The notes: generated from the sequence alone by a model not told the origin. 64,000 bases of DNA from Eukaryota sp. TZLM1-RC (GCA_040285825.1 JAUPSS010000004.1:682001-746000); one strand, 5' to 3'. Positions 1-12,510 are shown, counted from the stretch's first letter. Program-made: numbers and translations.

Positions 1-1114
1 TAATTAATTCATCTTTCTCCAAAATTTCGTGACTTTTTTGCTCTAAATCTTGGGACAACTGCTGAAGTTTGAAACTCTGATCAGAGATTTCTGATGACAG
101 TTTCCTATTTAATTCATCAGCCACTGATTTGGCTTCGCGTAAAGATTCAATTTCAATTTTGAATTGGTGATTCTCCATCTCAAGGCTGGAGTTAGATGAC
201 CGTAATTGCTGGTTTTCTTGAGTTAATTCCTGAATGTGCCTACTTAATTCAGTAATTCGGCTAGCTTGGCCCTGGCAATTCTGACAATATTCATTAGTGT
301 TGGGTTTGTTGACTGTAGGCAAATCTTCAGCATAATTTTCCAGCAAAGTCAATGTCTGAATGATATGGTCAATAGTTGGTCTGCTTGAGGGGTCATTTGA
401 CATGCATTGATTGACCAAATTTTGTAAAATTTCTGGATCCTCGTGATCAAATGGAAGCTCTTTGCCCTGATACTTGGCACCCAATAGGGAAAATTGAGTA
501 TTTAAACCCTCAAAAGCTACTTTATTAGTAAGCAATTCATATAAAATTACCCCAATAGAATAAATATCAGAGGCTTCTGTTATTCTATTGTCAAAAACCT
601 CTAAAGCAGCATATTTAGGGGTAAAGGTGAGTGAAGTGGAATTGGCAGTGTGATCAGCGATGATTTTTGAAGTTCCAAAGTCAGCGAGTCGAAGTTGGCC
701 ATTTACGAGCAAGATGTTTTGCGGCTTGAGGTCACCGTGGATGACAGATTTCGAATGGAGAACCTTCATGGCACAGCAAAACTCCTTGGCGATGGTGAGA
801 TTTTGTTTTGTTAAAGAAGAGGGAACACCAAGACAAGAGGTAGCAAGCTCCATTACTATCCCAATCATGTCGTCGATATAGGTGACTCCAAAAACACGGA
901 GAATGGCGGGACTGTTCAACATGGACAGGAGAGCGACCTCCTTCTTGAGTTTTGCCCTTCCTTCATCAGAGAGAAAGACGAGTTTGACGGCCACTGAGAG
1001 GGAGAACCATCTTGCAGAAAGGACAGAAGCAAAGCCTCCACGACCAATTTTCTCACCTAATACGATATCATGTGGATTGATTTCGGAGCAGGAAATCTGA
1101 GAGGGCGAAGACAT
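1..1114 (-). CDS. Ser/Thr (TKL-like) protein kinase with C-terminal coiled coil; 3' end runs off the window
   Basis: Manual translation from ATG 1114 gives MSSPSQISCSEINPHDIVLGEKIGRGGFASV...VAVK...IHGDLKPQNILL...ADFGTS...PKYAALE...SDIYSIG. The frame is open to position 1. It is absent from the ORF track because no stop falls in the window. Confidence 0.92.
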   Translation of the reverse strand, partial: MSSPSQISCSEINPHDIVLGEKIGRGGFASVLSARWFSLSVAVKLVFLSDEGRAKLKKEVALLSMLNSPAILRVFGVTYIDDMIGIVMELATSCLGVPSSLTKQNLTIAKEFCCAMKVLHSKSVIHGDLKPQNILLVNGQLRLADFGTSKIIADHTANSTSLTFTPKYAALEVFDNRITEASDIYSIGVILYELLTNKVAFEGLNTQFSLLGAKYQGKELPFDHEDPEILQNLVNQCMSNDPSSRPTIDHIIQTLTLLENYAEDLPTVNKPNTNEYCQNCQGQASRITELSRHIQELTQENQQLRSSNSSLEMENHQFKIEIESLREAKSVADELNRKLSSEISDQSFKLQQLSQDLEQKSHEILEKDELI

Positions 1115-1360
1115 GTTAGAAGTGAATGTAGCAACAATTAAATCTTGTTTTCCGAGACAAGGAGGTAAATTTATTATTATTTTGAATAATGACGTGAATG
1201 TCATTAATAAAACATTGTGTGTCTGCTAAGGGGTTATGTTTCTCCTATTTTATTTCTTCCTATGAATAGCCCATTAACTTTAAATGATTCGGAAATCATT
1301 GTCAAACATGGAACAACACTGGCATCAGATCACCCTAAATATTGCTGACAACGTAATAAA

Positions 1361-1433
1361 TATTTATTTTATTTTATTTTATTTTATTTTATTTATTAAA
1401 TATATATTTATTTTCTACAAAGAATCAAATAAA
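1361..1433 (-). mobile_element. Extremely 5'-truncated family A non-LTR retrotransposon 3' end plus AT tail
   Basis: 1405-1433 matches the reverse complement of 58744-58772 (element 3' UTR/tail junction) at 28/29 nt. It is preceded by a (TTTTA)n tract. Confidence 0.6.
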
Positions 1434-2799
1434 CAAGTATTCCTCTTTGGATTTATTAAATTATGAAATGATAGGTCAAAAAGAGGATATTTATGCCCTT
1501 GGTGTTATTTTATTTGAACTATTTTCCGGCAAATCTGCTTTAGCCGGACTCGAGGATGCCCAAATAATAATGGCAAAATCCAAGGGAAACAACCCAGATC
1601 ATGGTGGTTTACCTCAAGAAATTGCTGAATTAATTAATAATTGCTGGAATAATGATCCAAATAAAAGACCAAATATTTCTGAAATTAAAAAAGTTTTGGG
1701 TAATGTTTTATTTAACATGATTGGTTACGAAACTAGTGATTTTAATCCAGAATTAATTCTTCAACAAATCCATTCATTGAATGTTGAAAATGTTGAATAA
1801 TAATCAAAAATGAGTGATTTAAATCATTTATTAGAAGAAAAAAAGATCAAACTTGAATGTTCTTTTAAAGCAATAGAACGACTAAATTCTTTATTGGATA
1901 GTAATCAAAATCGGTCAATTGGTTAAGAATTAAATATTAATAATAATGAATTAATTAATTGCTTAAAAGAATCTTTGTTTTCGATGAAGAGTGATATGGA
2001 TATATTACCAAAACAAATGATTAATGCTATTGATGGCGAAGAAAGCAAAGTTGATATACACTGCGCTTTTTTTTCCGAAGAACATATTATTTCAATTGCT
2101 ATTTGTCTTGAAGAAAATGAGCATTTGTGAGAACTTAGTCTTGAACGTAACAGTATCAACAACACGGGTGCGATCGTACTCGCTCAATCATTAAAAGTTG
2201 ATTTAAAATTAGAAGAACTTTTCCCTGCATCGAACAACATCACCCATATTGGTTGTTTAGCTTTGGCTGATGCATTGGTAGTTAGTTCTACATTAAAGAT
2301 GCTTCGGGTTGATCAAAACCCTATTGGTGACCAAGGTATTCAATCCCTTGCTAATGGTTTGGAGTTTAATAATTCATTGGAATTGCTGATTCTGGAAAAA
2401 ACTAAATGCACCCCAATAGGAGTTTTTGCTCTAAGTCAAGCTTTAAAGGTTCATACAACGCTTAAAGTACTTCATCTCGATGACAATAATATTGGAGATG
2501 AAGGTGTTGCTGCTTTATGTGATGGTTTAAGGGTAAATAAGAATTTGGGACAATAAAGGTTGATAAACAACAATATTACAAGTAATGGTGCTATAAACTT
2601 GGCAAATACTTTATTAGAAAATAATTCACTTAATGGTATTGCTTTGAATTCAAACATAATAGATGATGCTGGTGTGGATGCGCTTGCTCAAGTTCTTTCT
2701 CAAAATACTGGAATTCAATTGGAATTAGAACAAAACAATATCACTAGTGAGAAGGCAAGATCAATCAAGAATTTATTTGAAGATCGAATAGTGATTTAA
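1434..2799 (+). pseudogene. Kinase C-lobe plus RI-like (NLRC3-type) LRR pseudogene
   Basis: KYSSLDLL...DIYALGVILFEL...CWNNDPNKRP is followed by 28-aa LRRs (NPIGDQGIQSLA, NNIGDEGVAALC). In-frame stops near 1798, 2128 and 2554. The kinase N-lobe is missing. Confidence 0.85.
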
Positions 2800-4743
2800 T
2801 TTGGTTTTTGTTGTAGTTTTTGTTTTGTGATGGTTTATAAAAGCAAATTAATTTAGAAAACATTATTAACTTTTTTCAAACATTGAACGTTCAATAGCAA
2901 ATACAATTACTTGCTTATACTCAAAGTTAGAACATTTTCGACACTTTAATCATTTGATTGCCACAAAACTATTTCTAAAATAGTTGAACCAAAAGTTTAG
3001 TATTTTGTGACTGTTTTGGATTGATGTTGTCGAGGAATTGACAGTTTACTTCATCAATAAATTTACTTATAGCTTCACGTCTTATAGCTTCAAAATCCAT
3101 CTCTCCCAAAATAAAACAACTAGATGCAACTCTCCTTATAATAAGATCTATGGCAAAGCAAAGCATAAGAAACCATCTTCAACACCCACTGATAAAAGAA
3201 AACACATTTCTATTTTGCCAAAACAATCTGGTGAACAGCTGTTTAATACTGTATGCAATGTAATTTATGGAGTAGGTTCAAATGAAATTTATGATGCTGG
3301 CGTAGATGTGCTTGTTCAGCATCATTTTCAAAATAGTAGAATCAATTTGAAATTAAAACAAAACAATATTTCCAGAGGTGTTGGCTTTCGTGCCCATAAA
3401 CTATAATAAAGACAGATGTTTATGGACAGATTTAAGAAAAGCAAACTATAAAAAGTACAAATAGAATTTAAACTATGGATCACGTGATAGGAAACGTGAT
3501 ACTTACCGAAACAGGTTTAGCCTTAGCTACCAGAGGTGGGCAAAATCAATCAAAATTATAGTGATTTAATTTGATTTTTGTTGTTGTTGAATTTGTTTTG
3601 TGGTGGTTTATAATTGCAAACAATTATAGAAAATAGTATCGAATTTTATCAAAAAATGAATCCTCAATAACAATTATAAATAGCTTGTTTATACTTAAAG
3701 TTTGATGCTTTTGTAGACTGAAACCATTTGCTTGCCGCAATACTATTTCGAAAAATAAGGAACCAAAAGTTGTGGATTTTGTTACTGTTTCGGATATCTT
3801 GTAAAAACAATCAAATTTCAAAAACAAACTACAGTTTTATGTTATTGTGGAATTTGTCATTTGTTAAATATTGTACCATAAAATTTTTTGTATTTATTGA
3901 ATTTGCACACTTATTCAAATTAACTCATAGCTAATGGGACGACTATCATTGAACCAAGATTTTCTCTACAAAATCTTGATCTGCTTGCTGTCTAGCTAAA
4001 GCTTCTCTTATTCGATTGAAAAACCGAGGTCCATAAAATTTGTCATTCCTCTCTTTTGCTAACCACAAGTAAACTTTAAATTTCTGTTGAGGATTCGTTT
4101 GTTTGCGGTCCTTGGAGTGTGGTTTACAAAAGTCACTGATATAACTTTAATGTAATGTATCTAAAGGGGTATGCACCTGGTGGAGTTCAGCGTTGACAAC
4201 ATTGACCTCAAAACGAGATAGGATCTGTTATGTAGACATTGTGGTGATTACTGAGCAAGGCATACATTATGAGGAAACTAGAATAAAACGTAAGGGTTTG
4301 GTCTCTGAATTCAATCTGTTCAGCTAATTTCCAGCAAGATCAATGAGTAGAGTCCATTTAATTCTATTTGAGTGAATTGAAAAAGTCTTCCGGTTTATAG
4401 AACTCTATGGAAAATACTTCTATTTTTGTAAGTGTTGAGAAGTACACAAGAATTTCAGAAATAACAAAAATACCAATAAAATAAAACGGTGAATGCAGAA
4501 CTTTTATGCTGGAGAAGAAAAAAATTAGTGTGAATGACATAAGTGTCCATTTGGTTGTCAAAACAAGAAATAATTGTTACCAGTTTCTCTGTATGATTTT
4601 GAAACAATTATAATGTCATGAATGATATTATACAAAGTTGACAAGTTTTTCAGTTATGTTGGATAAGAATATTGCATTCCTCACCACAGCTCCTGAGAAG
4701 AACAGAATCGGCAAAAGATGGTTACTTATCTTGTCAGAAATTG
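2178..4743 (+). repeat. Segmental duplication, copy 1 (LRR C-terminal module plus about 2 kb of downstream sequence)
   Basis: Highly similar to 11889-14366. Both copies end at CTTGTCAGAAATTG. Confidence 0.9.
3381..3529. mobile_element. 149-bp insertion flanked by a 9-bp direct repeat (putative TSD)
   Basis: CCAGAGGTG at 3372-3380 and 3530-3538. The insertion is absent from the paralogous position near 13140. Confidence 0.6.
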
Positions 4744-5299
4744 ACTTTGTTATCGTACACGAAAAAGGAGAAGACAAACACTGGGCTGATAAGATGTGAA
4801 GAAACATAGATACAAATTTAAAAAATCCGGAAATAAATCACATCAACTACCCACATGATCCCTTTTGGCACGGTGAAATACCCCCCCCCCGACGATGATT
4901 CTGATCATAAAAGTCCAGACCCAATCCACTTTTTCGAATTACCAAAGCACCCATATTTACCCATTTTTTCAAATTGGCTCTCAAAAGTCAGATCAGTGCA
5001 ATAACTTAATTTCAATATTTGTATTTGGAACTGTGTTGTAATAACACAAGCCTTCCAGTGCGCAATGGTCAATTATTAGAACCGGAATCATCATATCACC
5101 AATACTAAAACAAGATTGATTGTGAAAGTATTCTCAAAAGCACCTTATATTTCCAGTATACAAATCCAGTATAAATATATTCAGCAAATTTTTGTAAAGA
5201 TGGACAGGTTTCATTACAATACCATATAATACATTGTTTTCCCAAATTATTTTATTATTTTTGTTAATTAATTTTTTTATTAAATAATTATATATTATA

Positions 5300-6512
5300 A
5301 AGAATCAAATAAAAACAAAACAAACTAAAACACATAAGAAACTAAATTCTCCACGCCAACTCTTGATGAATCCTTATAAAGTTTAGACATCATTAAACTC
5401 AAGTACTTGGGAACACTTCTGTACAAAGCGAAAATGATACGATTTTTCCATAAATTCTGTGCAAAATTCTTACCACTTGAACGACATAAATTACCAAAAT
5501 CATTGATGAAACTCAAAGCGGATTGTCCAATGTTGCCAAAAATCGAAAAGGCAAAAGGAACAAACGAAAACTTCGAATAAAGGTTCTTATTTAAATCATT
5601 TAATATCTCAGTATATTTATCTCTCTTACGATCTTCAGCCTTGTTTAAATGACCATTAGTACTAAGTAAAACATCATCACGATAAACAAAAGCAAAGGGA
5701 TCAACTGTAGTGAAATCAACAACAACTTGAGAGGAATCCACAAAAGGAGCAATTAAATCACCTCGACGTGAATTAAAAAGATTATCATCACTATAATGCT
5801 TCAACAAAGGTTCTACTTTGCAACTAAAATTGTAACACTTGAACATCTCCTATGTCACATCACAAACGGCATTATGAAGAACTGAGCTATATTGGAGAAA
5901 TTTCTTACAACTCACAATATGACGAAAATTGGCAGTAGGTTTTTTGTTACAAATACAATAAGAATTGTCCAAAAGACCACTTGGATACATCCCTAATCTC
6001 AACCGCATGTTTTGTTTCCAAGCTTCATTTTTTAAGTGAAGACCAAATGGCCTTGGTTGCTGAGATATTAAACTAGTACAGTTCTGAATGTCTGATAAAA
6101 AGGCAGCAAAGACGGGATTAATAATCTTAGTCACACTAAGTCGTTTAGAAAAATCCAGGTCTTCAAAACCAATAAGAAAAGACTTCTGTAATTTTACAAC
6201 AGCAAGATGAAGGTTGGTGAAAGATCTCGAAGGCACAGCAGGCAAACTTGAAGGAAAACTCCTATTCCAAATATCATCAGGTAGTTCTTGCACCATTTTT
6301 TCAAGAGAAATTAATAAAGGATGTGATTCATTCAAAGGAATATGATCAAAACGAAGTTTCCATTCAAAAAGAAAATTTTTCATACCACCAATAAAAGCAC
6401 TTTTGCATAAATACTCTGCTTTTGAAAAACCAACTCCACCAAATTTAGGACTAAAAAATGCATGATAAGGAATTTTAGATGGACAAACTTCTACTAAATT
6501 TCCTAAGAAATT
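5300..6512 (-). mobile_element. Family A CRE-like non-LTR retrotransposon, 5'-truncated (zinc knuckle, RLE endonuclease, 3' UTR)
   Basis: Near-identical to 61036-62250. Motifs CICNKKPTANFRHIVSC, HNAV, EP, RRGDL, VVDFT, KRDKY. Premature TAG at 5850 where other copies have TAT. AT-rich tail at 5245-5299. Confidence 0.92.
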
Positions 6513-8487
6513 CATTAGTTTATCATTTTTTTGATTTTATTTGACATTGCATCAATCATTTTTTGTTTGATCTCGTTATTAACAGACAACATCGTCAACA
6601 TTATCGATGCCCTTGAAATCAATACCAAAATCGGCTCAGGTCAATCAATTTGTATAGTCTCATTACCCTCGTTAAATGTGCCGATAAATTTCAATATGAT
6701 CCGAATTCATATGATCTGAGTTGATTTGAGTGTTGACTCTGTACCTAATAATTCCAATGCTTCAATATTAGTCCCTTGTGCATTTACTTTGTTTTGAATC
6801 TCTTCGTTGCCTGGGGCAGTTTTTCTGATTGTTTTCTAGTTTTATTGATTGTTTTGCATAGTTTGATTTCAATTTTTTTGTTGATTATTGAGTCTACGTC
6901 TCGATCAATATTCTTGAAATTTCGAAATATGAGATAGATTGATGTTTCTGAATTAGATGCATCACAGAACGAACTTTCAACAATTTCTTCATGAACCTTA
7001 GCCTCTACACTGAATTTCTTTTTCCAAAGCGACTATTCTGATCAGGATCATTGCTATAAAAGAATTTTTCATTTGTCTTTTGAAACTAAAACAAAACCAT
7101 GGCCATAAATACTTGTGTTGTGTTGTGGGATTCTAGACGTTTGAATGAGCTCTTTCTTTCATGGATGAGCTTTTGTCTACTGTTCAAACGGCAGAGTTGG
7201 TGTCTATCTTGACAACTGTTTGTGCTGATATCAGCGTTGCTTGATATGAAGATCCTTGAGCCAACGTCTTTGCTACTCGAAACATATTTTACTCATTATG
7301 ACTAGATGATGATGCCATAATGACTCATTGCATAGAATGTATTCTTTCTATGTAGTTCTTAAGTACTGAAGGAACATGTTTGATATCTCCTGAGCTAATT
7401 CCCAAATCTTGATGCTTGAATGTTCAGGGACAAACCATGTGTTTCATGGTTGTAACTTGCCTTGACCATGGTTGTGGAGAGACAGCCATCAGGAAGGAGA
7501 GAGACAGGATATAAGGGAAGAGAGTAGGAGGAGAGGTGTGGCTGAGGAGTTATGGTACAGGAAGAGAGAAGAAGTGATGGAAAGGCTAAGGCATGAGACC
7601 ATGAGACAGCTATGGAAAAGTAGAAGAGCCAGTAGATAAACGTTCCAAGAGGTCGAATGAGTAAGGGTGGGAAAAAGGTGCTGGAAAAATGAGGTGACGA
7701 TTCAACAAACAACTTCAACAACGATTCAATCAGCCACCTGCCAACCATTGGATTTCTAATGAATGAAAGCATCATCGATCAAATGGAGCAGTTGCATGAG
7801 ATGTTTGGTTGATGGAAGAAAAACACCATATCTAATATCTTAGGGGAGAATCTTAATTAGGAGAGTAAAGTGGATATCAACATCTGCAATAAGGGTATTT
7901 TATTGAAAGAACGTATCAATTATAACATATTAAAGTGGTTCAGCTCCATGCATAACATCAGCTACAATTTTTACTCTTATCATCTGTTTGGCAGCGTTTT
8001 TATCAAGAGGAGCTCGGCTAGCAACTCTCTTTCTGACTACTTTCAACCGAGTTAACATCAGTTGGATGATTTCCATTATAATAGAGTCCATTATTGTCAA
8101 TATACTTTCATCTAGTTGAAATAAGTCTTGGGACACCTGCTGACCTACAATGTCAGATTCTTCGAAGATGAGATCATCATGAAGGTTGGGATTAGAAGGC
8201 ATGGAAGATCCATCTTGAGTTCAGTTAAGTGGTGGGCCAATGTCACTGATAGATGGATCATCTACAAGAGTGTAGATGCAGTTGTGAGACACGATAAAGT
8301 GTTTGTATTTGTGGAAACAATAGTTACAATAGTCGTTTGTAAGTACAATTTTACCATAAATTGTACATATTATTGTGAAAACAAAGCAATGACGTCGCAT
8401 TAAAATTCCGAGCGTGAGAATTTCACTCACAATGCATTTCTGAAGCCAATTCCACTCATTCAAAGCATTCACACGTTTGTTCTGTTG

Positions 8488-11400
8488 ATGTCTCTAAATG
8501 CCAATTCTACTCCAAATTCTCCTTGTGCAACGCAACCAACTACCATTACATTTCAGCACAGCACAGCACAGCACAAACAACGAGTACGAGTGTTGCAGAA
8601 TTATCTTCAAGAGTTTCTGGATGACCATCCCAATTTCTGTTCTCAACAATTACCAGACTGTGTTCGTGCGGTGTCAGACTTCTGCAACACGCCATCCGAG
8701 CAAATCCAAGACAATATGCTCATCGCTTTGTTAGAGACTGTCTTAGATGCAAGTCACAGCATAGTACTTCATGAGAAATACATTGGAGACCTCGTTCTGA
8801 TTGTTTATTGCATAAGCACCTGTAAAGGAAGCATCACTTCTGCCGATCTCGCTTTCCTTCGAAAGGAAAGTTTTCCTAGTCAAACATTTCGAGCTGCGCT
8901 AGAGACCTTTCACATATGCAACAAACTGCTTCCCGGTGAGTTCGACTTGGCCACTATCACGGATACCGTTAAGGATCTCTATTGTAGTGTAGAAACGAAA
9001 GAGAAACAACATTTTCTGAAAATGTTGATTAACACCATTTTGCAGAACTATAGTAGCAGTGGTGGTGAATGGGACTGTTTTTTCATCACAGACAAGTTTA
9101 ACCTTCTTCATTTTCTTGAAAATATGGATGAAACTTTATTATTAACCCAAGCTCCATTGTCTCAAATCAATAAGTATGTCTATGCATATCTTTTTGTCAT
9201 TTGGATGAAAGATTTTCGGGAATATTCCTCTGTTAAAGACAATGTTTTAGTTGATGAATTACACACCCTGTTTTTTTCATCTGAATCTTTTGATATTCGA
9301 AGTACAGATGACTTTATCACGTCTCTTTGTGAGCGCTCTAATCTGCCTCAACTTTATCCATTCAACGTCTTTGGTCAGGCATGGATACCGGACTTTGTGA
9401 ATTTACATAATAAGTTATCTGATAGTGATTTCCACATCTGGGATACTTGCAACAAAGCAATAACACACTCTTTTCTGTCTTGTTTTTCTGAGGAAGTAAG
9501 ACGTAACTTTTCCGATACCTTGTTTCGAATGTGCGATCAGCAGTTTGCCTTACCTTTCTCAAATGAAACGATGACTAATACTGCTGCTGATATTCAACAA
9601 GTACTAGGCTTATCCCGCCTTGCTAATGACCCAAAGCATGTCTTGAGTATCTTCTTTAGGGCTTTTCACCACTACTTTAACTCTATAAGTTCCCCTTCTG
9701 AATCGGTAGATACATCCAAAAGTCTGAACGAGATAGCAAGGGATTTTTGTGGCTGGTTCAAATCTCGCTTGTTCTTTAACAATCCCGAATCATTGTCACA
9801 ACACCATGACACCAATCAGTCTAGTAACAATGAAGAGGCTTTTCTCCCTTTAAAGCTTTGGGATTCTCTTAATTTCTCTTTTGAACATTTTTTTACTACC
9901 AGTTCCGACTGTTTCCAGATGCCTTTTATTTTGTTTGGTAACGGGGCTTCCCGTAATTTAAAATCTTTTGTAACCAGTGAACTGAAACCTCTAATGAATC
10001 ACTATTTGGACTATTGTAAAGCAACACTTCAACTATTCAAGGAGTATATTGATCTCTTTTTAACTATTGGGAAACAATTATCACATTCAGATGATATAAC
10101 CTCTTTCTTTTGGGTTTTTAAGTTTGAGAAAACTGGTGATTCTGTAGTAATTAAGATCCTTGAAAGTGAAGTCGAACCGAACGCACCCACATTTGTTATT
10201 CATCGTTTAAACTATAATGAAGTTGCTCAGCGATTTGATCTCTTAAAGTATGTTCATCCCTTTGTTAAAGAAGGAGAACGCTTATCAGCTTACTTGTCTC
10301 TCAAGTCTTTGGTTATTATTCTTTTGTGGTTGCAAAAAAAACCTGTTGGTTTGTTTTTGCTAGCAGATGAGAAGGATAAGGACCATTCATCCACTGTCTA
10401 TTATGCAATGAGACACGATAAGACAATTTTGGACCGATTTTTTACGAAGGATATTACAGAAACCTCAGAATCTGTCAAAAAGAAGAAAGAAGACGAATCT
10501 TCACCTGATAAAAAAGCTGATAAAGAAGACGAATCTTTACATGAAGCTATACTGAGTTTAGCCTGTGACAAGTATTGTTCTGAACGTGTTGATAGAGTAC
10601 TTCCCGGGACTGATTCTTTCTTCAACTTAAATTGGGGTGCTCTCTACAAGTCACAAGCAACTTCAACTCCGATGATGGATTACTACATTGCTGCAGAGGA
10701 GTTTAAGTTTGATGATGTCGGTCCTTCAAACATTCAGAAGCATATAGGAGATTCACTATCCATTCTTATCATTCTTACATTGATGGATCTCAAGTATTAC
10801 GAAATGCACAACTTTTTAGTCAATGATCAGAGCAATCTGGTGCTCGACTCTTGTACATTAAGCCAAGGTATTGACGAGTATGAATATCGAGATGGACTTT
10901 TGCGGTGGATGACGGAAAATCCTTATGGCAAAATTTTTAGTACCATTCAAAAATTCAAAAAACAGTATCTGGCCACTACTAATTACGACTGTGTCCTCGA
11001 GGGTTTAGTTCAACTTTACACTGGTAGACAGTGCATTAGTGCTATTCCACAAGCAGACGGTACTTACAATAATGCTATTCCAGAGGCTGGTGTTACTTCC
11101 TTGTCTGATCGGGTTGTAGACGATCTCAATCACGATTCCACCAATTCTGTTGAAGAAAATACTGACCCTGATTCTAAAGTAGACCCTGGACCTGGTGTTG
11201 TTGCTCATCTTCATGGAGTAGTTTATGATGCTGACTCTATTGTTCTATACTACTCCCAAGATCAGGAGTTGAAGATTAAGGCTGCAAGAGAACAAATTTT
11301 GAAGAATTGTATCACTGTTGGTCTTGGATTCTTTGCTGATCCTACCTTTAAACAGTTTTTAAAGCCAGAAAATTCTGGAAGTGTTGACAGATTGGTTATT

Positions 11401-12510
11401 ATTAGTGACCAATCTCCAAAGATTGGTGATATCAACACCTCATTTTTACCTAAAAATGTGTTCTGGTACAGAGTGTGTTCTGGATGTTATTCGGACCCTC
11501 TAGTGCTTTTCGTTGTAGAACTTGCTTTGAGAGTTTCTCCATGGTTTAATGATTTTTGGAAGAATTTTGGACGTGCAAATAGATTAAAGCTGTTGTCACT
11601 TCTCTTGAGAGACCATCAAGAGGAAGGAGCAACCAGAAAAATATCTGATGGTGTTTCTCTGGAGGATCAAAGCCAATTTAGAGAGTACTTGGATCAACCA
11701 GATTCCTTGGTATTTGAAGGTTATGTCACTGCTCTCCTTGATGCTACTCAATTGAACAGTCTCGATGAAGTCGACAAGAAACAGAAAGAATTAGAAACTA
11801 AACTTGACCGTATTCATGGTATTCATGGTAAAAATCGGCCTTTGAAAGTACTTCAACTTGATGGAAACTCTTTCAATGACCCGATTAAACTCGCTCAATT
11901 ATTAAAATTTTATTCAAAATTAAATGAATTTTCCCTTGCATCGAACAAAATCACCCACATTGGTTGTAAAGCTTTGGCCGAGGCTTTGGAAGTTAATTCT
12001 TCATTAAAGAGACTGGTGTTGGATCATAACCCTATTGGCGACCAAGGTATTCAATCCCTTGCAAAAGCTTTGAAGTTGAATAATTCATTGGAATTGCTGA
12101 TTCTGGAAAAAACTAATTGCACACCAACAGGAGTTTCTGCTCTCGGTCAAGCTTTAAAGGTTAATACTAAGCTTAAAGTACTTCGTCTTCATGACAATAA
12201 TATTGGAGATGAAGGTGTTGCTGCTTTATGTGATGGGTTAAGGATAAATAAGAATTTGGGACAATTAGGGTTGAAACACAACAATATTGCAAGTAATGGA
12301 GCTATAAACTTGGCAAATGCTTTATTAGAAAATAATTCACTTAATGGTATTGCTTTGCATTCAAACAAAATTGATGATGCTGGAGTGGACGAGCTTGTTC
12401 GGGTTCTTTCTCAAAATACTAGAATTAAATTGGGATTACAACAAAACATTATCACTAGTGAGAAGGCAACAGCAATCAAAAGTTTATTTGGAGATCGAAT
12501 ATTGATTTAA
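8488..12510 (+). CDS. Large protein: about 1120-aa unrecognised N-terminus plus C-terminal RI-like (NLRC3-type) LRRs
   Basis: Uninterrupted 1340-aa ORF (first ATG 8488). About 8 LRRs from aa ~1125 (LKVLQLDGN, LKRLVLDHNPIGDQG, LKVLRLHDNNIGDEG). Confidence 0.9.
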   Translation: MSLNANSTPNSPCATQPTTITFQHSTAQHKQRVRVLQNYLQEFLDDHPNFCSQQLPDCVRAVSDFCNTPSEQIQDNMLIALLETVLDASHSIVLHEKYIGDLVLIVYCISTCKGSITSADLAFLRKESFPSQTFRAALETFHICNKLLPGEFDLATITDTVKDLYCSVETKEKQHFLKMLINTILQNYSSSGGEWDCFFITDKFNLLHFLENMDETLLLTQAPLSQINKYVYAYLFVIWMKDFREYSSVKDNVLVDELHTLFFSSESFDIRSTDDFITSLCERSNLPQLYPFNVFGQAWIPDFVNLHNKLSDSDFHIWDTCNKAITHSFLSCFSEEVRRNFSDTLFRMCDQQFALPFSNETMTNTAADIQQVLGLSRLANDPKHVLSIFFRAFHHYFNSISSPSESVDTSKSLNEIARDFCGWFKSRLFFNNPESLSQHHDTNQSSNNEEAFLPLKLWDSLNFSFEHFFTTSSDCFQMPFILFGNGASRNLKSFVTSELKPLMNHYLDYCKATLQLFKEYIDLFLTIGKQLSHSDDITSFFWVFKFEKTGDSVVIKILESEVEPNAPTFVIHRLNYNEVAQRFDLLKYVHPFVKEGERLSAYLSLKSLVIILLWLQKKPVGLFLLADEKDKDHSSTVYYAMRHDKTILDRFFTKDITETSESVKKKKEDESSPDKKADKEDESLHEAILSLACDKYCSERVDRVLPGTDSFFNLNWGALYKSQATSTPMMDYYIAAEEFKFDDVGPSNIQKHIGDSLSILIILTLMDLKYYEMHNFLVNDQSNLVLDSCTLSQGIDEYEYRDGLLRWMTENPYGKIFSTIQKFKKQYLATTNYDCVLEGLVQLYTGRQCISAIPQADGTYNNAIPEAGVTSLSDRVVDDLNHDSTNSVEENTDPDSKVDPGPGVVAHLHGVVYDADSIVLYYSQDQELKIKAAREQILKNCITVGLGFFADPTFKQFLKPENSGSVDRLVIISDQSPKIGDINTSFLPKNVFWYRVCSGCYSDPLVLFVVELALRVSPWFNDFWKNFGRANRLKLLSLLLRDHQEEGATRKISDGVSLEDQSQFREYLDQPDSLVFEGYVTALLDATQLNSLDEVDKKQKELETKLDRIHGIHGKNRPLKVLQLDGNSFNDPIKLAQLLKFYSKLNEFSLASNKITHIGCKALAEALEVNSSLKRLVLDHNPIGDQGIQSLAKALKLNNSLELLILEKTNCTPTGVSALGQALKVNTKLKVLRLHDNNIGDEGVAALCDGLRINKNLGQLGLKHNNIASNGAINLANALLENNSLNGIALHSNKIDDAGVDELVRVLSQNTRIKLGLQQNIITSEKATAIKSLFGDRILI

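Noticed and set aside
660-1100. Plus-strand ORFs 660-881 and 882-1100, and similar short ORFs overlapping real genes
   Set aside because: Antisense shadows of the kinase and other CDSs.
6530-8470. Broken reading frames suggesting a decayed gene or transposon (likewise 16900-17750, 46200-47150, 53400-53830, 56000-56700)
   Set aside because: No diagnostic motif could be recognised by eye; left unannotated.
8488-12510. Bona fide NLR (NACHT-LRR)
   Set aside because: No Walker A/B motifs found upstream of the LRRs.
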